DNA from: Bacilli bacterium
GTDB taxonomy: Bacteria; Bacillota_I; Bacilli_A; RFN20; CAG-826
Length of the DNA: 64,000 nucleotides
Assembly: GCA_017429285.1 (NCBI GenBank)
Contig: JAFRPF010000001.1
Span: 40,299 to 104,298, forward strand
Direction of reading: 5' to 3'
Shown here: one piece after another, positions 41,579 to 50,679 of the stretch
How positions within the stretch are numbered: position 1 is the stretch's first letter
How the letters are laid out: every line of letters starts with the position of its first letter
Translations under genes and position numbers: made by a program
The notes under the pieces: generated by a model
Database searches by the model: none
Seen by the model: only the letters and a program-made list of their open reading frames with translations
Told to the model about the DNA's origin: nothing

Positions 41579-42240
41579 TATTTATTACCTCTTTTATATA
41601 ACTCTTTTAACTCTTGTTCTTTATCAAATAGATATTTGGTGACTTCTTCGATTTGATTCATTCCAAGATTATCACCAAATTTCTCTTTTATATTTATCGG
41701 TTCACCAATGACAATTCTTTGCCTTTGAAAAATATTTTTTCTAATCTCGCGATATGTCGGAACGATTGGAACATTAGCTTGATAAGCCATCATGATTGCC
41801 CCACTTTTAAATGGTGACATCGGTTTATCATTTGAGAATGAAATATGACCTTCAGGGAAAATAACAATCATATTACCACCTTGTAATCGTAGTACAATTT
41901 CCTTAAAAGTGGATAAGCTTGGTTTTTCTCTATCTACTGGAATGCAACCAGAATTTCTATAAAACCATCTGGAAAATGGCTTAATAAATAATTCCTTCAT
42001 GACTACGAAGAACAATCTTCGATATGCGAATGCGCAGTGCAGAACCATGACGTCAGAATATAAAATGTGATTACTAATAATTAGGCAACCACCTTTTTGT
42101 TTCTTTTTTGCAAGTTCATTTTCGTATATCTTTTTGACTCTAAACCATAATAAAAATGGAATACCAAAAAATCTAAAGAGATCAAATAAAAAGTATTTGA
42201 AGTTTATAAAATGAGCTTGATACGGGTTCTTCTTTTTCAC
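41578..42240 (-). CDS. plsC: PlsC-type acyltransferase
   Basis: NHILYSD (HX4D), IPVDR and IFPEG; GTG start. Confidence 0.85.
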   Translation of the reverse strand: MKKKNPYQAHFINFKYFLFDLFRFFGIPFLLWFRVKKIYENELAKKKQKGGCLIISNHILYSDVMVLHCAFAYRRLFFVVMKELFIKPFSRWFYRNSGCIPVDREKPSLSTFKEIVLRLQGGNMIVIFPEGHISFSNDKPMSPFKSGAIMMAYQANVPIVPTYREIRKNIFQRQRIVIGEPINIKEKFGDNLGMNQIEEVTKYLFDKEQELKELYKRGNK

Positions 42241-42313
42241 ATGTATAATTATACTAAAAGTATAAAGTTTATAAAGTAAATAGTGTCAATATATGAACAA
42301 ATGTTCCTTTTTG

Positions 42314-43333
42314 TTAGAAAGAAGGAAACATTTTTCTAAATAGCCAAGCAAATAAAACGTTAAATGAAGCGCAGAAAATGACCACTAATGGAATGGTTAC
42401 ATTATAGTTACAGTGTAAAGTGGTTAAAAAGATTTCTAATAGACCATGACAGGTTCCCATTCTAATCGCCGTAAATAGTAGTTCTTTCCAAAGTCTTCTA
42501 AAGAAAGATTGGCTTGGATAAATATTATTTATTAATAGGAAATATATAAATAAACAAACAGTATAAGAGAAATAGGTAGTTTCTATAATAGAAAAGGAGC
42601 TATATTTCATTAAGGTAATCATCATGAACATTAATAAGGCATTACATAATAACGCGGGTATAGCGTGTAAAAAGATAATTGTTTGAATTCTAAATGTATC
42701 TTTAAAAGGTGAGAAATGACTTCTGGAATTACCATCTAAATAGATGGTTTCAATAGGAATGGTATATAAAGAAGCCTGCATGAGTTGAATTCTCACTACT
42801 TGGTTCATCTCATATTCATATCTATTACCTTTAATTTTTATTAAATCTGGTAAATATCTAATCGGGAATCCTCTTAATCCACATTGATCATCTTGAATAT
42901 ATTGTTTGGTTAGTAAAGACCTTGTGGTTTTGGAAAAATAATTTCCAAATTTACTTCTAAAAGGAACATCCTTTCCAAAGCTTCTCACCCCAAACACTAA
43001 TTGGTCAGTTTCCACTAATTTATCGTAAATACGATTGATATCTTTTAAAGAATGCTGTCCATCCCCATCAACGGTAATGACATATTTCGCCTCAGGATAA
43101 AAATTTAATAATTCTTTATATCCATATTTCATCGCCGCACCTTTACCTTTATTCTTTTCAAAGGAAAGGTATTTAACCTTATCTTTAATTTGATCAAAAA
43201 TTGGTTCAAATTCTTTTCCTGAACCATCATTAACCACTAAGATGTTAAAATCATCGTTAATTAATTCATCCACTACTTTTATAAGTAGTTCATCTGGTTC
43301 ATAACTAGGGATTAATATAATCGCATCTTTCAT
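42314..43333 (-). CDS. GT2 polyprenol-phosphate glycosyltransferase with a GtrA-like TM tail
   Basis: IPSYEP, VVNDGS, GKGAA, DGDGQH, DDQCGLRG and RYEYEMN; four C-terminal TMs. Confidence 0.85.
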   Translation of the reverse strand: MKDAIILIPSYEPDELLIKVVDELINDDFNILVVNDGSGKEFEPIFDQIKDKVKYLSFEKNKGKGAAMKYGYKELLNFYPEAKYVITVDGDGQHSLKDINRIYDKLVETDQLVFGVRSFGKDVPFRSKFGNYFSKTTRSLLTKQYIQDDQCGLRGFPIRYLPDLIKIKGNRYEYEMNQVVRIQLMQASLYTIPIETIYLDGNSRSHFSPFKDTFRIQTIIFLHAIPALLCNALLMFMMITLMKYSSFSIIETTYFSYTVCLFIYFLLINNIYPSQSFFRRLWKELLFTAIRMGTCHGLLEIFLTTLHCNYNVTIPLVVIFCASFNVLFAWLFRKMFPSF

Positions 43334-43361
43334 AAACTAATAATCATTTTATAAAAAATAT

Positions 43362-43389
43362 AAATAAAATACCACTTATATTAAGTGGC
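43362..43389 (-). terminator. Terminator downstream of tmRNA
   Basis: CCACTTA-3 nt-TAAGTGG followed by a T-rich tail on the minus strand. Confidence 0.6.
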
Positions 43390-43402
43390 ATAATATTCAT
43401 TT

Positions 43403-43796
43403 TGGTGGAGTCGAGGGTGTCGAAACCCTGTCCAGGGATGGCTCTTCAATAACATCTACAGTTTAGACGATATTGTGGTTTAACGTATATTCGTATATCG
43501 ACTCACTAGAATACGCGAGACTTTCTATATTTCGGTTAAAAGTAACAAGTCCACTCCTATAACCTATCCTTTTGGTATGACACCCCTACCAAGCGTGAAA
43601 GGCTAAAACCTTGGGGGATGCTCTGCCCGATTTAAAGAAACCGGAATCCTATGTCGGGAGCAATTATGCTAAGCAGAGAGATTGAGCTCTAGGAGCTCTC
43701 ATATAACTGTTGTCAGTTATTTTTGTTTTGATGATAACGTCATCGCTCGACTGCAGTTAGAGCCTAGCACATCTCTGTCGAATCCAATACGACCCC
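43403..43796 (-). ncRNA. ssrA: tmRNA
   Basis: 5' GGGGTCGTATTGGATTCGAC and 3' GGTTTCGACACCCTCGACTCCACCA. Resume context AATAACTG; tag (A)DNSYMRAPRAQSLCLA at 43714-43664. Confidence 0.96.
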
Positions 43797-43922
43797 ATGT
43801 GTTAGCAAAAAGTTGCGAGATAAATATAGCACTTTTCAAGCATTATAAAAACTATTTATTGTTAAACTATTTGAAAAATAGTCCTTATTACAATACAATT
43901 AACAAGCGAACGGAAGAAAAAT

Positions 43923-44984
43923 ATGAAACCAGAAAATAAAAGAAATATCAGAAATCTATTTGCCGGCTTAATCTCTAATGAAGCTGCAATCGATGGCGCG
44001 AAAAATTCCCCTTGGTGGATCGCAGTCATCTTATTTATCGTAGGAACATTCCTACCAATTATCCCTATTATGACCACTCAAAGTAAAACATATGGTGCAT
44101 CCTTTGTCAGTGGTTATAAATATGACTATGACCAAGCATTAGTCTCATGTGGTGTGGCTTTAAAGGCACAAAAATATGAATTTAAAGTGGAAGAAAAAAA
44201 TCTTATTGGAAAAGTCGATGGAGTCACTTTAGAAAACACTTGGTTTGACGATAAAGATTTAACTCCTATCTATTCATATGACGCTACTGTTAATGGTGTT
44301 ACCCACCGTGTATTAAATGTTTATTATTCTGATAGACCATATACTAGTAAAGCTAAAAACGGTATTACTGATATGATCAAAGCCTTGGATTTAAATTATT
44401 TAGGTTTTGATTCCACCGATAAATATAATGCTGAGGTTCATTCTGGTTATTATATTCCTTCTTATTTAATTCTTTATAAGACTGGTATGTATTCCAAAAT
44501 CTTCAAATTTAGAAGTAAGGCCGCCGCAAGTGCAACATATACTGGCTTAAATTGGAATCATACTCAATTTAATGAATTGTTGACATATACCACCACCACT
44601 AATGTGGAAGAAAATCTTAAAGATATTAACTATGTTAATGCTTCATTTGAAAACTGGAAGAATGTCTTTAATAGATCATATTTAGATCAAAAACTATCTA
44701 ACTTCTGGACAACCTCTGGAATGTACTGGGGCATCTGTGTTGGTTTAGGTATCTTCATGGGCTTCATGATGTGGTTATTAACACGTGGTAAACGTAATCC
44801 AAATAGAGGTCTAAACATTTGGGTCACCATTAAGATCTCCTGGTGGATTGATACCGCTCCTGGAATCCTCGGCATGGTCCTTGGCTTTATCTGGCCAGCT
44901 GCTGCGGGAATCGGATATATCGCTCTCATGGGCTTAAGAACAATGTGGTTATCCATGAGACAATTAAATCCAGTTGTGGAATAA
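43923..44984 (+). CDS. Hypothetical membrane protein (1 TM, large external domain, 3 TM)
   Basis: Hydrophobicity pattern; topology resembles DUF1189/MalA but no confident match. Confidence 0.75.
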   Translation: MKPENKRNIRNLFAGLISNEAAIDGAKNSPWWIAVILFIVGTFLPIIPIMTTQSKTYGASFVSGYKYDYDQALVSCGVALKAQKYEFKVEEKNLIGKVDGVTLENTWFDDKDLTPIYSYDATVNGVTHRVLNVYYSDRPYTSKAKNGITDMIKALDLNYLGFDSTDKYNAEVHSGYYIPSYLILYKTGMYSKIFKFRSKAAASATYTGLNWNHTQFNELLTYTTTTNVEENLKDINYVNASFENWKNVFNRSYLDQKLSNFWTTSGMYWGICVGLGIFMGFMMWLLTRGKRNPNRGLNIWVTIKISWWIDTAPGILGMVLGFIWPAAAGIGYIALMGLRTMWLSMRQLNPVVE

Positions 44985-45013
44985 AAAATAACGGTTCAAT
45001 CGAACCGTTTTTT
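44984..45013. terminator. Bidirectional terminator
   Basis: AACGGTTC-AATC-GAACCGTT flanked by A and T runs. Confidence 0.8.
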
Positions 45014-45353
45014 AATCCCCGTAATCTGAGCCACGGGATTTGTCTTCAACAAATATTTTAAGTGGATCAGTAATATCCGTTATTTCTAAAAATATATATG
45101 AATCATCTACTTCAGTTTGTGGATATTCAAAGTTACCCACAAAAACCACTTTCTTATTCTTTTTAGCGACTTCAATGATCCTTTCGATAATACGATTATA
45201 AGACTCTATAGGATGCCTATCTTTAAATCCTTTTAATTGTGTATAAAAGACTGGTTCAATATAAAAATCAGCATCATCTATAAAATAATGAGCGGAGAAT
45301 GGATTATTATTATCCTTAACTTCTTTTAGATGTTTGAATTCTTCGTAAATCAT
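45012..45353 (-). CDS. Hypothetical protein
   Basis: 113 aa; ATGA overlap with the rlmH stop. Confidence 0.75.
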   Translation of the reverse strand: MIYEEFKHLKEVKDNNNPFSAHYFIDDADFYIEPVFYTQLKGFKDRHPIESYNRIIERIIEVAKKNKKVVFVGNFEYPQTEVDDSYIFLEITDITDPLKIFVEDKSRGSDYGD

Positions 45354-45829
45354 TTGTGATAAGTCTCGTTTCTATTAATTTTAAAGGCGCGATAAATTTG
45401 TTCAAGTAAAATCAGTCTAGTCATCTGATGAAGGAATGTCATCTTACTTAAAGAAATAGAGTCGTTACATCTATTTTTAAGTTCCTCTGATAATCCATAA
45501 CTTCCTCCGATAACGAATGAAATATTAGAACCACCGATAACGAACTTTTTGATCAAAAAATCCGCAAATTCTACACTATTTAGTTCTTTTTTATTTAAAT
45601 CAAGGCCAATTAAGTATTCGTTTTCTTTAATTAATTTAAGGACTTTTTTGCCTTCATTATTAATAGCTAATTTAATATCGGATTCTTTAGGGTTGTCCAC
45701 TATTGGCTCATCGCTAACTTCGATAATTTCTATATTTGAGTAGGGTTTAATTCTTTCTAGATATTCATTAATACCGACCTTTAAATAGTTTTCTTTAATC
45801 TTACCGATTGCATAGATTTTAATCTTCAT
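45350..45829 (-). CDS. rlmH: 23S rRNA m3Psi1915 methyltransferase
   Basis: IGKIKE, FVIGGSYG and MTFLHQMTRLILLEQIYRAF...YHK. Confidence 0.96.
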   Translation of the reverse strand: MKIKIYAIGKIKENYLKVGINEYLERIKPYSNIEIIEVSDEPIVDNPKESDIKLAINNEGKKVLKLIKENEYLIGLDLNKKELNSVEFADFLIKKFVIGGSNISFVIGGSYGLSEELKNRCNDSISLSKMTFLHQMTRLILLEQIYRAFKINRNETYHK

Positions 45830-46580
45830 CTTTATGTCCTCCGATTAAAGAATTCCATTGATTAGCGCATCTCACATTATATTTATTTATATCAATACCG
45901 AAGTGCTTAAATATTTTTAAATATGCAGTAAGAGCAAGTTCAGGAGTATTAGCTTCTTCTGATAGATGAGCTAAAACAATTTCTTTTGTGTTATCACCAA
46001 CAATTTGACAAGCCGCTATCGCACTATCTTCATTACATAGATGGCCAACATCAGAAAGAATACGAGTTTTTAATTCATATGTTCTTTTTGTAGCAAGTAG
46101 CATCTTAATGTCGTGATTTGATTCTAAAATCAAATAAGTTGGGTTTTTAATATAAGGTAAATTCTCTTCACAGAAATATCCAGTATCAGTGATATAAACT
46201 AAAGTTTCCTCTCCCCCTTTTAATAAATACCCACAAGGGTTAATAGAGTCATGAGACACCATTAAAGGAGTTATTTCAATATCACCAATTTTAAATGTTT
46301 CAAAGATATTTATCTTATTGGTTAATGAGGATAAATTACCTTCTAAAGCATACATCTTTTTTGGTGATAAAAACTTCACACCTCTAATATGATCACTATG
46401 GTTATGGGTAAATATCGCTCCAGTTATATCGTTAACTGATAAATTTATTTCTTTTAAACGTGTCTCTAATAATTCAAAAGAAATCCCCATATCAATGAGG
46501 ATTACAGTGTTTTTATAGATAACCACACTAGCGTTTCCTTTAGAACCACTAGCCATAATATCAAAATACATATTAATCAA
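45819..46580 (-). CDS. walJ: Metallo-beta-lactamase-fold nuclease, YycJ/WalJ
   Basis: ASGSKGN, THNHSDHI, TDTG, ESNHD, GHLCNED and AHLSEEAN. Confidence 0.88.
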   Translation of the reverse strand: MINMYFDIMASGSKGNASVVIYKNTVILIDMGISFELLETRLKEINLSVNDITGAIFTHNHSDHIRGVKFLSPKKMYALEGNLSSLTNKINIFETFKIGDIEITPLMVSHDSINPCGYLLKGGEETLVYITDTGYFCEENLPYIKNPTYLILESNHDIKMLLATKRTYELKTRILSDVGHLCNEDSAIAACQIVGDNTKEIVLAHLSEEANTPELALTAYLKIFKHFGIDINKYNVRCANQWNSLIGGHKDED

Positions 46581-48072
46581 CTGTGATTTGGTTAGAAATC
46601 TCTTTCATTTTCTCTTCCCATTCTTTAGGAGGAGTATCAAATCTACCAAATTCTTTATAGAAGAATAATGGGACATTACCGGTTTGACCATTTCTATTTT
46701 TAGCAATGATCACATCAACATAAGAAGCGTCACCAGGCATTTGTTCCGCTAACATCTGTTGCTTTTGACCAAAGGAGAGCTTTGCTCTTTCTTCTTCAGT
46801 TAATTCCGACATCTTCTTATTTCCGGCTGTGTTTTTACTTTCTTTGCCATAGTCTTCACGATGCAAAAGCATAACCACGTCAGCGTCCTGTTCAATAGAA
46901 CCAGAATCTCTTAAATCGGATAATTGTGGTTTTCTACTTTGTTTTTCAACATCACGTGATAATTGTGATAAAGCCAAAACTGGAACTTTTAGTTCCATCG
47001 CTAATTGTTTTAAGGCTAAAGAAATCTTACGAACTTCTTCTTGTCTAGAATCGCTTCCTTTACCTTTTCCAGAAGTTTCAACTAAGCCTAAATAGTCGAC
47101 AACGATTAGACCTAATTCTGGAACTTGAGCTTGTAATTTTCTACTCTTAGCGATGATGTCCATCAATTTATTTCCTGGAGTATCATCAATATAAATTGGA
47201 GCACCACCAACACGTTTCACAGCATCGCCTAATTTAATTCTTTGTTCACCAGTTAATTTACCAGTGGAAAGAACTTGTAAAGGAATATATGATTCACTAG
47301 CGATTAAACGAGTCACTAATAATTCAGAAGCCATTTCTAATGAGAATATAGCCACAGGAACTTTCGCTCTAGTCGCCGCTCTATAAGCAAAATTTAAAGC
47401 CAAAGCGGTTTTACCAACAGCAGGTCTGGCCGCTAAGATAATTAAATTGCTTCTTTGGAAGCCTTGAGTCTTTTTATTGATACCTTCATAACCAGTATTT
47501 AAACCAGTGACATCATCTTCACCGAGTTCACGGGTGTTTTTAATAATTTCTTGAACTTCTTGAGCGACTTGTTCAGTTTTCTTAAAAGTAGAAATTCTTC
47601 TTTTTTCAGTCGCATCTTTAATCATCTCTTCGCTCTTTAAAATGAAATCGTTAATGTTTTCAATTTCTTCAGTGCGATATTGTTTATCGATTTGTCTAAT
47701 TGTCGCTAATAATTTTCTCAAGCAAGATTGATCATTGATAATAGCGATATAGTGATCTAAATTAGCGAATGCCACCATTGAATCACAACAAGTTTGTAAA
47801 TATTCCACTCCACCAATCTCTTCGAGAGATTTCATGTTTAATAATTCTTCAGCCACCGTTAAGGTGTCAACATCAACACCTCTATTAAATAAGACGGTAA
47901 TCGCTTCCATGATACGACGATGACGAGGAACATAAAAATCTTCAGTAGTTACAGAAGCTAAAACAGTATATAAAGCATCTTTGCTTAATAAGACACTACC
48001 GATAACAGCTTTTTCAGCTTCTTCATTATAAGGAAAGTCTTTTGCAACTTTAGCGCGTGACGTATTTTGCAT
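46573..48072 (-). CDS. dnaB: Replicative DNA helicase
   Basis: ARPAVGKT, FSLEM, VDYLGL, LSQLSR, DLRDSGSIEQDAD and KNRNG. Confidence 0.97.
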   Translation of the reverse strand: MQNTSRAKVAKDFPYNEEAEKAVIGSVLLSKDALYTVLASVTTEDFYVPRHRRIMEAITVLFNRGVDVDTLTVAEELLNMKSLEEIGGVEYLQTCCDSMVAFANLDHYIAIINDQSCLRKLLATIRQIDKQYRTEEIENINDFILKSEEMIKDATEKRRISTFKKTEQVAQEVQEIIKNTRELGEDDVTGLNTGYEGINKKTQGFQRSNLIILAARPAVGKTALALNFAYRAATRAKVPVAIFSLEMASELLVTRLIASESYIPLQVLSTGKLTGEQRIKLGDAVKRVGGAPIYIDDTPGNKLMDIIAKSRKLQAQVPELGLIVVDYLGLVETSGKGKGSDSRQEEVRKISLALKQLAMELKVPVLALSQLSRDVEKQSRKPQLSDLRDSGSIEQDADVVMLLHREDYGKESKNTAGNKKMSELTEEERAKLSFGQKQQMLAEQMPGDASYVDVIIAKNRNGQTGNVPLFFYKEFGRFDTPPKEWEEKMKEISNQITVD

Positions 48073-48524
48073 TATTTACCCTCCTCTGAAATGTGAACAT
48101 TAATAACACCGATAACACCTTTAAATAATTCGATTTTTAAATGATACATTCCAAATGAATCAAGAGGTCCTTTATCGATAAATTTTCTCTTATCAATAGT
48201 GATGCTATATTGACTTAATAATTTTTCTTCAATTTGCTTTAATGAGACATTACCAAAACATCTACCGTTACTACCACTTTTAAGGGTGAATTCTAAAGTT
48301 ATTTTCTCTAATTTTTCACTAATTAAGCGTGCTTCTGCTTGGTTTTTCTCAAATAATTGCTTTTCTTGTTCTTTTTGATTTGCCAATATTTGAGTGCTTG
48401 TTTTACTGACTTGAACGGCTAATTTACGAGGTAATAAAAAGTTAGCAGCATAGCCATCACTGACCTCTACTGTCTGATCTTTTTTGCCAACATTTTTGAC
48501 ATCTTTAAGTAAGATAACTTTCAT
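48072..48524 (-). CDS. rplI: 50S ribosomal protein L9
   Basis: MKVILLKDVKNVGK...VSDGYAANFL. Confidence 0.97.
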   Translation of the reverse strand: MKVILLKDVKNVGKKDQTVEVSDGYAANFLLPRKLAVQVSKTSTQILANQKEQEKQLFEKNQAEARLISEKLEKITLEFTLKSGSNGRCFGNVSLKQIEEKLLSQYSITIDKRKFIDKGPLDSFGMYHLKIELFKGVIGVINVHISEEGK

Positions 48525-48529
48525 ATAAA

Positions 48530-50584
48530 TTAGGCCTCAGTTCCAATTTCAAATTTACGACTTCTAGCATCCGCTGTCGCTTCGTTTAAGTGTTTCTGAA
48601 TAACGTTATAAATGGCTTCCTTAACGTCTTCAATTTTACTGTTATCGAACACAATAGCAGCACTGGAGAAATGTCCACCACCACCAAGTTTTTCAGCTAA
48701 TAATTGAACATTAACAGATCCATCGCTACGACAGGAAACTTTAATTTTCTTTGGACTTACATGAGCGCAAACAAAGCACACTTTATTGCCTTTAAATGAC
48801 ATACATAAGTTCGCGGCTTTAGAAATTTCAGAATCTTCGTAAATAGCATTATCTGAAGAGAATGCACAAACTACACCATAAGCGGGGTGTTCAAGATTTT
48901 GAACAAGTTCAGAAACGGTTTTATATTCTTCAAAGTCATCTTTTAAGAAATCATCCGCTAATGAATTATCAGCGCCATATTCTTTAAGAATTGTACAAGC
49001 TTCAAATGTTTTTAAACCAGTGGCTCTGCTCTTGAAGTGGTTGCTATCAAGGATAATACCAGAGAGCATAATAGTCGCATAAGAGGCTGGAAGTTTCACT
49101 CTTGGGTTGATAGAACAGAATTTAATAAATTCTGCTAATATTTCACTCGCTGAAGAAGCGGATGGATCAATATGGTCAAAGACTGGAGAATCGATATATT
49201 CTTCACCACGTCTATGATGATCGATGACAACAACTTTAGCAGATTTATCTAATAGATCTGGAGCCATGACCATATTTGGAATATGGACATCAACAACCAC
49301 TAATAAGGTGTTTGGAGTAATCAAATCTTCCGCACCAGAAGGAGCAACCATAATTTCATCAATTTCTTCTTTAGAGAAGGAAGAGTTAAATGCTGCTCTA
49401 GTTTTCACTTCTGTAGCTTTTAAATCAATAACGATACGACATTTCTTTTCGAGTCTAGAGGCAATGGCTTTAATACCTAAACATGCGCCTAAGGCGTCCA
49501 TGTCCATGTTGGTGTGACCCATAACTAAAACGTTAGAGGAACCTTTAATTAAACTCATTAAAGAGTCTGCCAAAACACGGTCTTTAACACGATTTCTTCT
49601 CTCTTGAGCTTCGCTCTTACCACCATAGAATTCCATTTCACTACCGTAAACAGCGACACACACTTGGTCACCGCCACGAGACATAGCGATATGTAAAGCT
49701 TCGTTAGCTAATTCATTTAATTTATTAACATCAGGGAATTCTCTAGCTAAACCAATGGATAAAGTTAATGGCATATCAGCAGCGCTACTAACTTGTCTAA
49801 CTTCATCAATGATGGAGAAGTTATCATCATGCATACGACAGTAATTTTTATAATTACAAAGCATGGAATAACTATCTTCTTTAATACGTCTAAGTAAGAT
49901 GTTGTATTTTTGTGAGAACTCAAAAATTTTATTTTTAACTTTTGTCGCGGTATCGTTAAAGTCGTCATCGCCTCTAATGACATCATCATAGTTATCGATC
50001 ATTAAAATACCGACAACAGGAGCTTGTTCACGAGAATAATTAAAGCTTTCTTCATAATCAGTAATATCTTTAAAAATCCATAAACCCGCTTCGATAAGAA
50101 GTTTGACGGAATAAGTTCTAGAATTAACTTTAATCTTACATTCTTTATCACCAGACATATTGGAATTAACATCTTTAAGAGCGACGAGCTCTGGTTGCCA
50201 CTCTAAAATGTTAGTGTCAATAATATCGATATGTCTTTCTTTAAATAAATCATTTGTCCAAAGGACATTATCGTTTTTATCAGTAACCGCTAAACCGATC
50301 ATCGCAAAGTTATAAGCTTCTTGAACGTCACTACCGATAACTTCTGCAGCATGTAAATCAGTCTTATGTCTAAGCGAAGCGATAGTCGCAGAAATAATCC
50401 AGACATAAATGCAATCGATGAAAACAAAAATAGATGCACCTAAAATCACCCATTGAGGTTCAATAAATTCTGCAAAATGGAATAAATTGGTGAAATAGAA
50501 AACTACAAATGTTGCAATAACAGCAACTTGTAGCAAGATTAAGATAAATGATAATACTTTGATAGTTCTAATTTTTTTACCCAT
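48530..50584 (-). CDS. gdpP: c-di-AMP phosphodiesterase GdpP
   Basis: Two TMs, PAS, degenerate GGDEF (RGGDQV), DHH (GH..MDMDA, IDHH) and DHHA1 (GGGGH). Confidence 0.93.
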   Translation of the reverse strand: MGKKIRTIKVLSFILILLQVAVIATFVVFYFTNLFHFAEFIEPQWVILGASIFVFIDCIYVWIISATIASLRHKTDLHAAEVIGSDVQEAYNFAMIGLAVTDKNDNVLWTNDLFKERHIDIIDTNILEWQPELVALKDVNSNMSGDKECKIKVNSRTYSVKLLIEAGLWIFKDITDYEESFNYSREQAPVVGILMIDNYDDVIRGDDDFNDTATKVKNKIFEFSQKYNILLRRIKEDSYSMLCNYKNYCRMHDDNFSIIDEVRQVSSAADMPLTLSIGLAREFPDVNKLNELANEALHIAMSRGGDQVCVAVYGSEMEFYGGKSEAQERRNRVKDRVLADSLMSLIKGSSNVLVMGHTNMDMDALGACLGIKAIASRLEKKCRIVIDLKATEVKTRAAFNSSFSKEEIDEIMVAPSGAEDLITPNTLLVVVDVHIPNMVMAPDLLDKSAKVVVIDHHRRGEEYIDSPVFDHIDPSASSASEILAEFIKFCSINPRVKLPASYATIMLSGIILDSNHFKSRATGLKTFEACTILKEYGADNSLADDFLKDDFEEYKTVSELVQNLEHPAYGVVCAFSSDNAIYEDSEISKAANLCMSFKGNKVCFVCAHVSPKKIKVSCRSDGSVNVQLLAEKLGGGGHFSSAAIVFDNSKIEDVKEAIYNVIQKHLNEATADARSRKFEIGTEA

Positions 50585-50679
50585 AAACGTATACCGGTTT
50601 CATTATAAATGAATTGAATTTTATAATAAATACTTTTTAAAGAAAGATAGAGAAATATTTCTCTAAAGAGCATAAAGGG

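Noticed and set aside
43682-44077. ORFs 43682-43939 (+) and 43862-44077 (-)
   Set aside because: They are antisense to tmRNA and to the 43923 gene, respectively, with no coding signals.
36968-45013. Similar hairpins CGGTTC..TCGAA.CCG at 36970 and 44990 as a REP-like repeat family
   Set aside because: Only two short copies, both at convergent gene ends; adequately explained as terminators.
45350-45370. rlmH 3' end (GAGACTTATCACAAATGA) resembling the SCC-type integration site
   Set aside because: No recombinase or second att copy; the sequence reflects the conserved YHK-stop and appears to be an empty site.
46573-48072. Intein in dnaB
   Set aside because: The insertion is short and lacks the Cys/Ser start and His-Asn end motifs.
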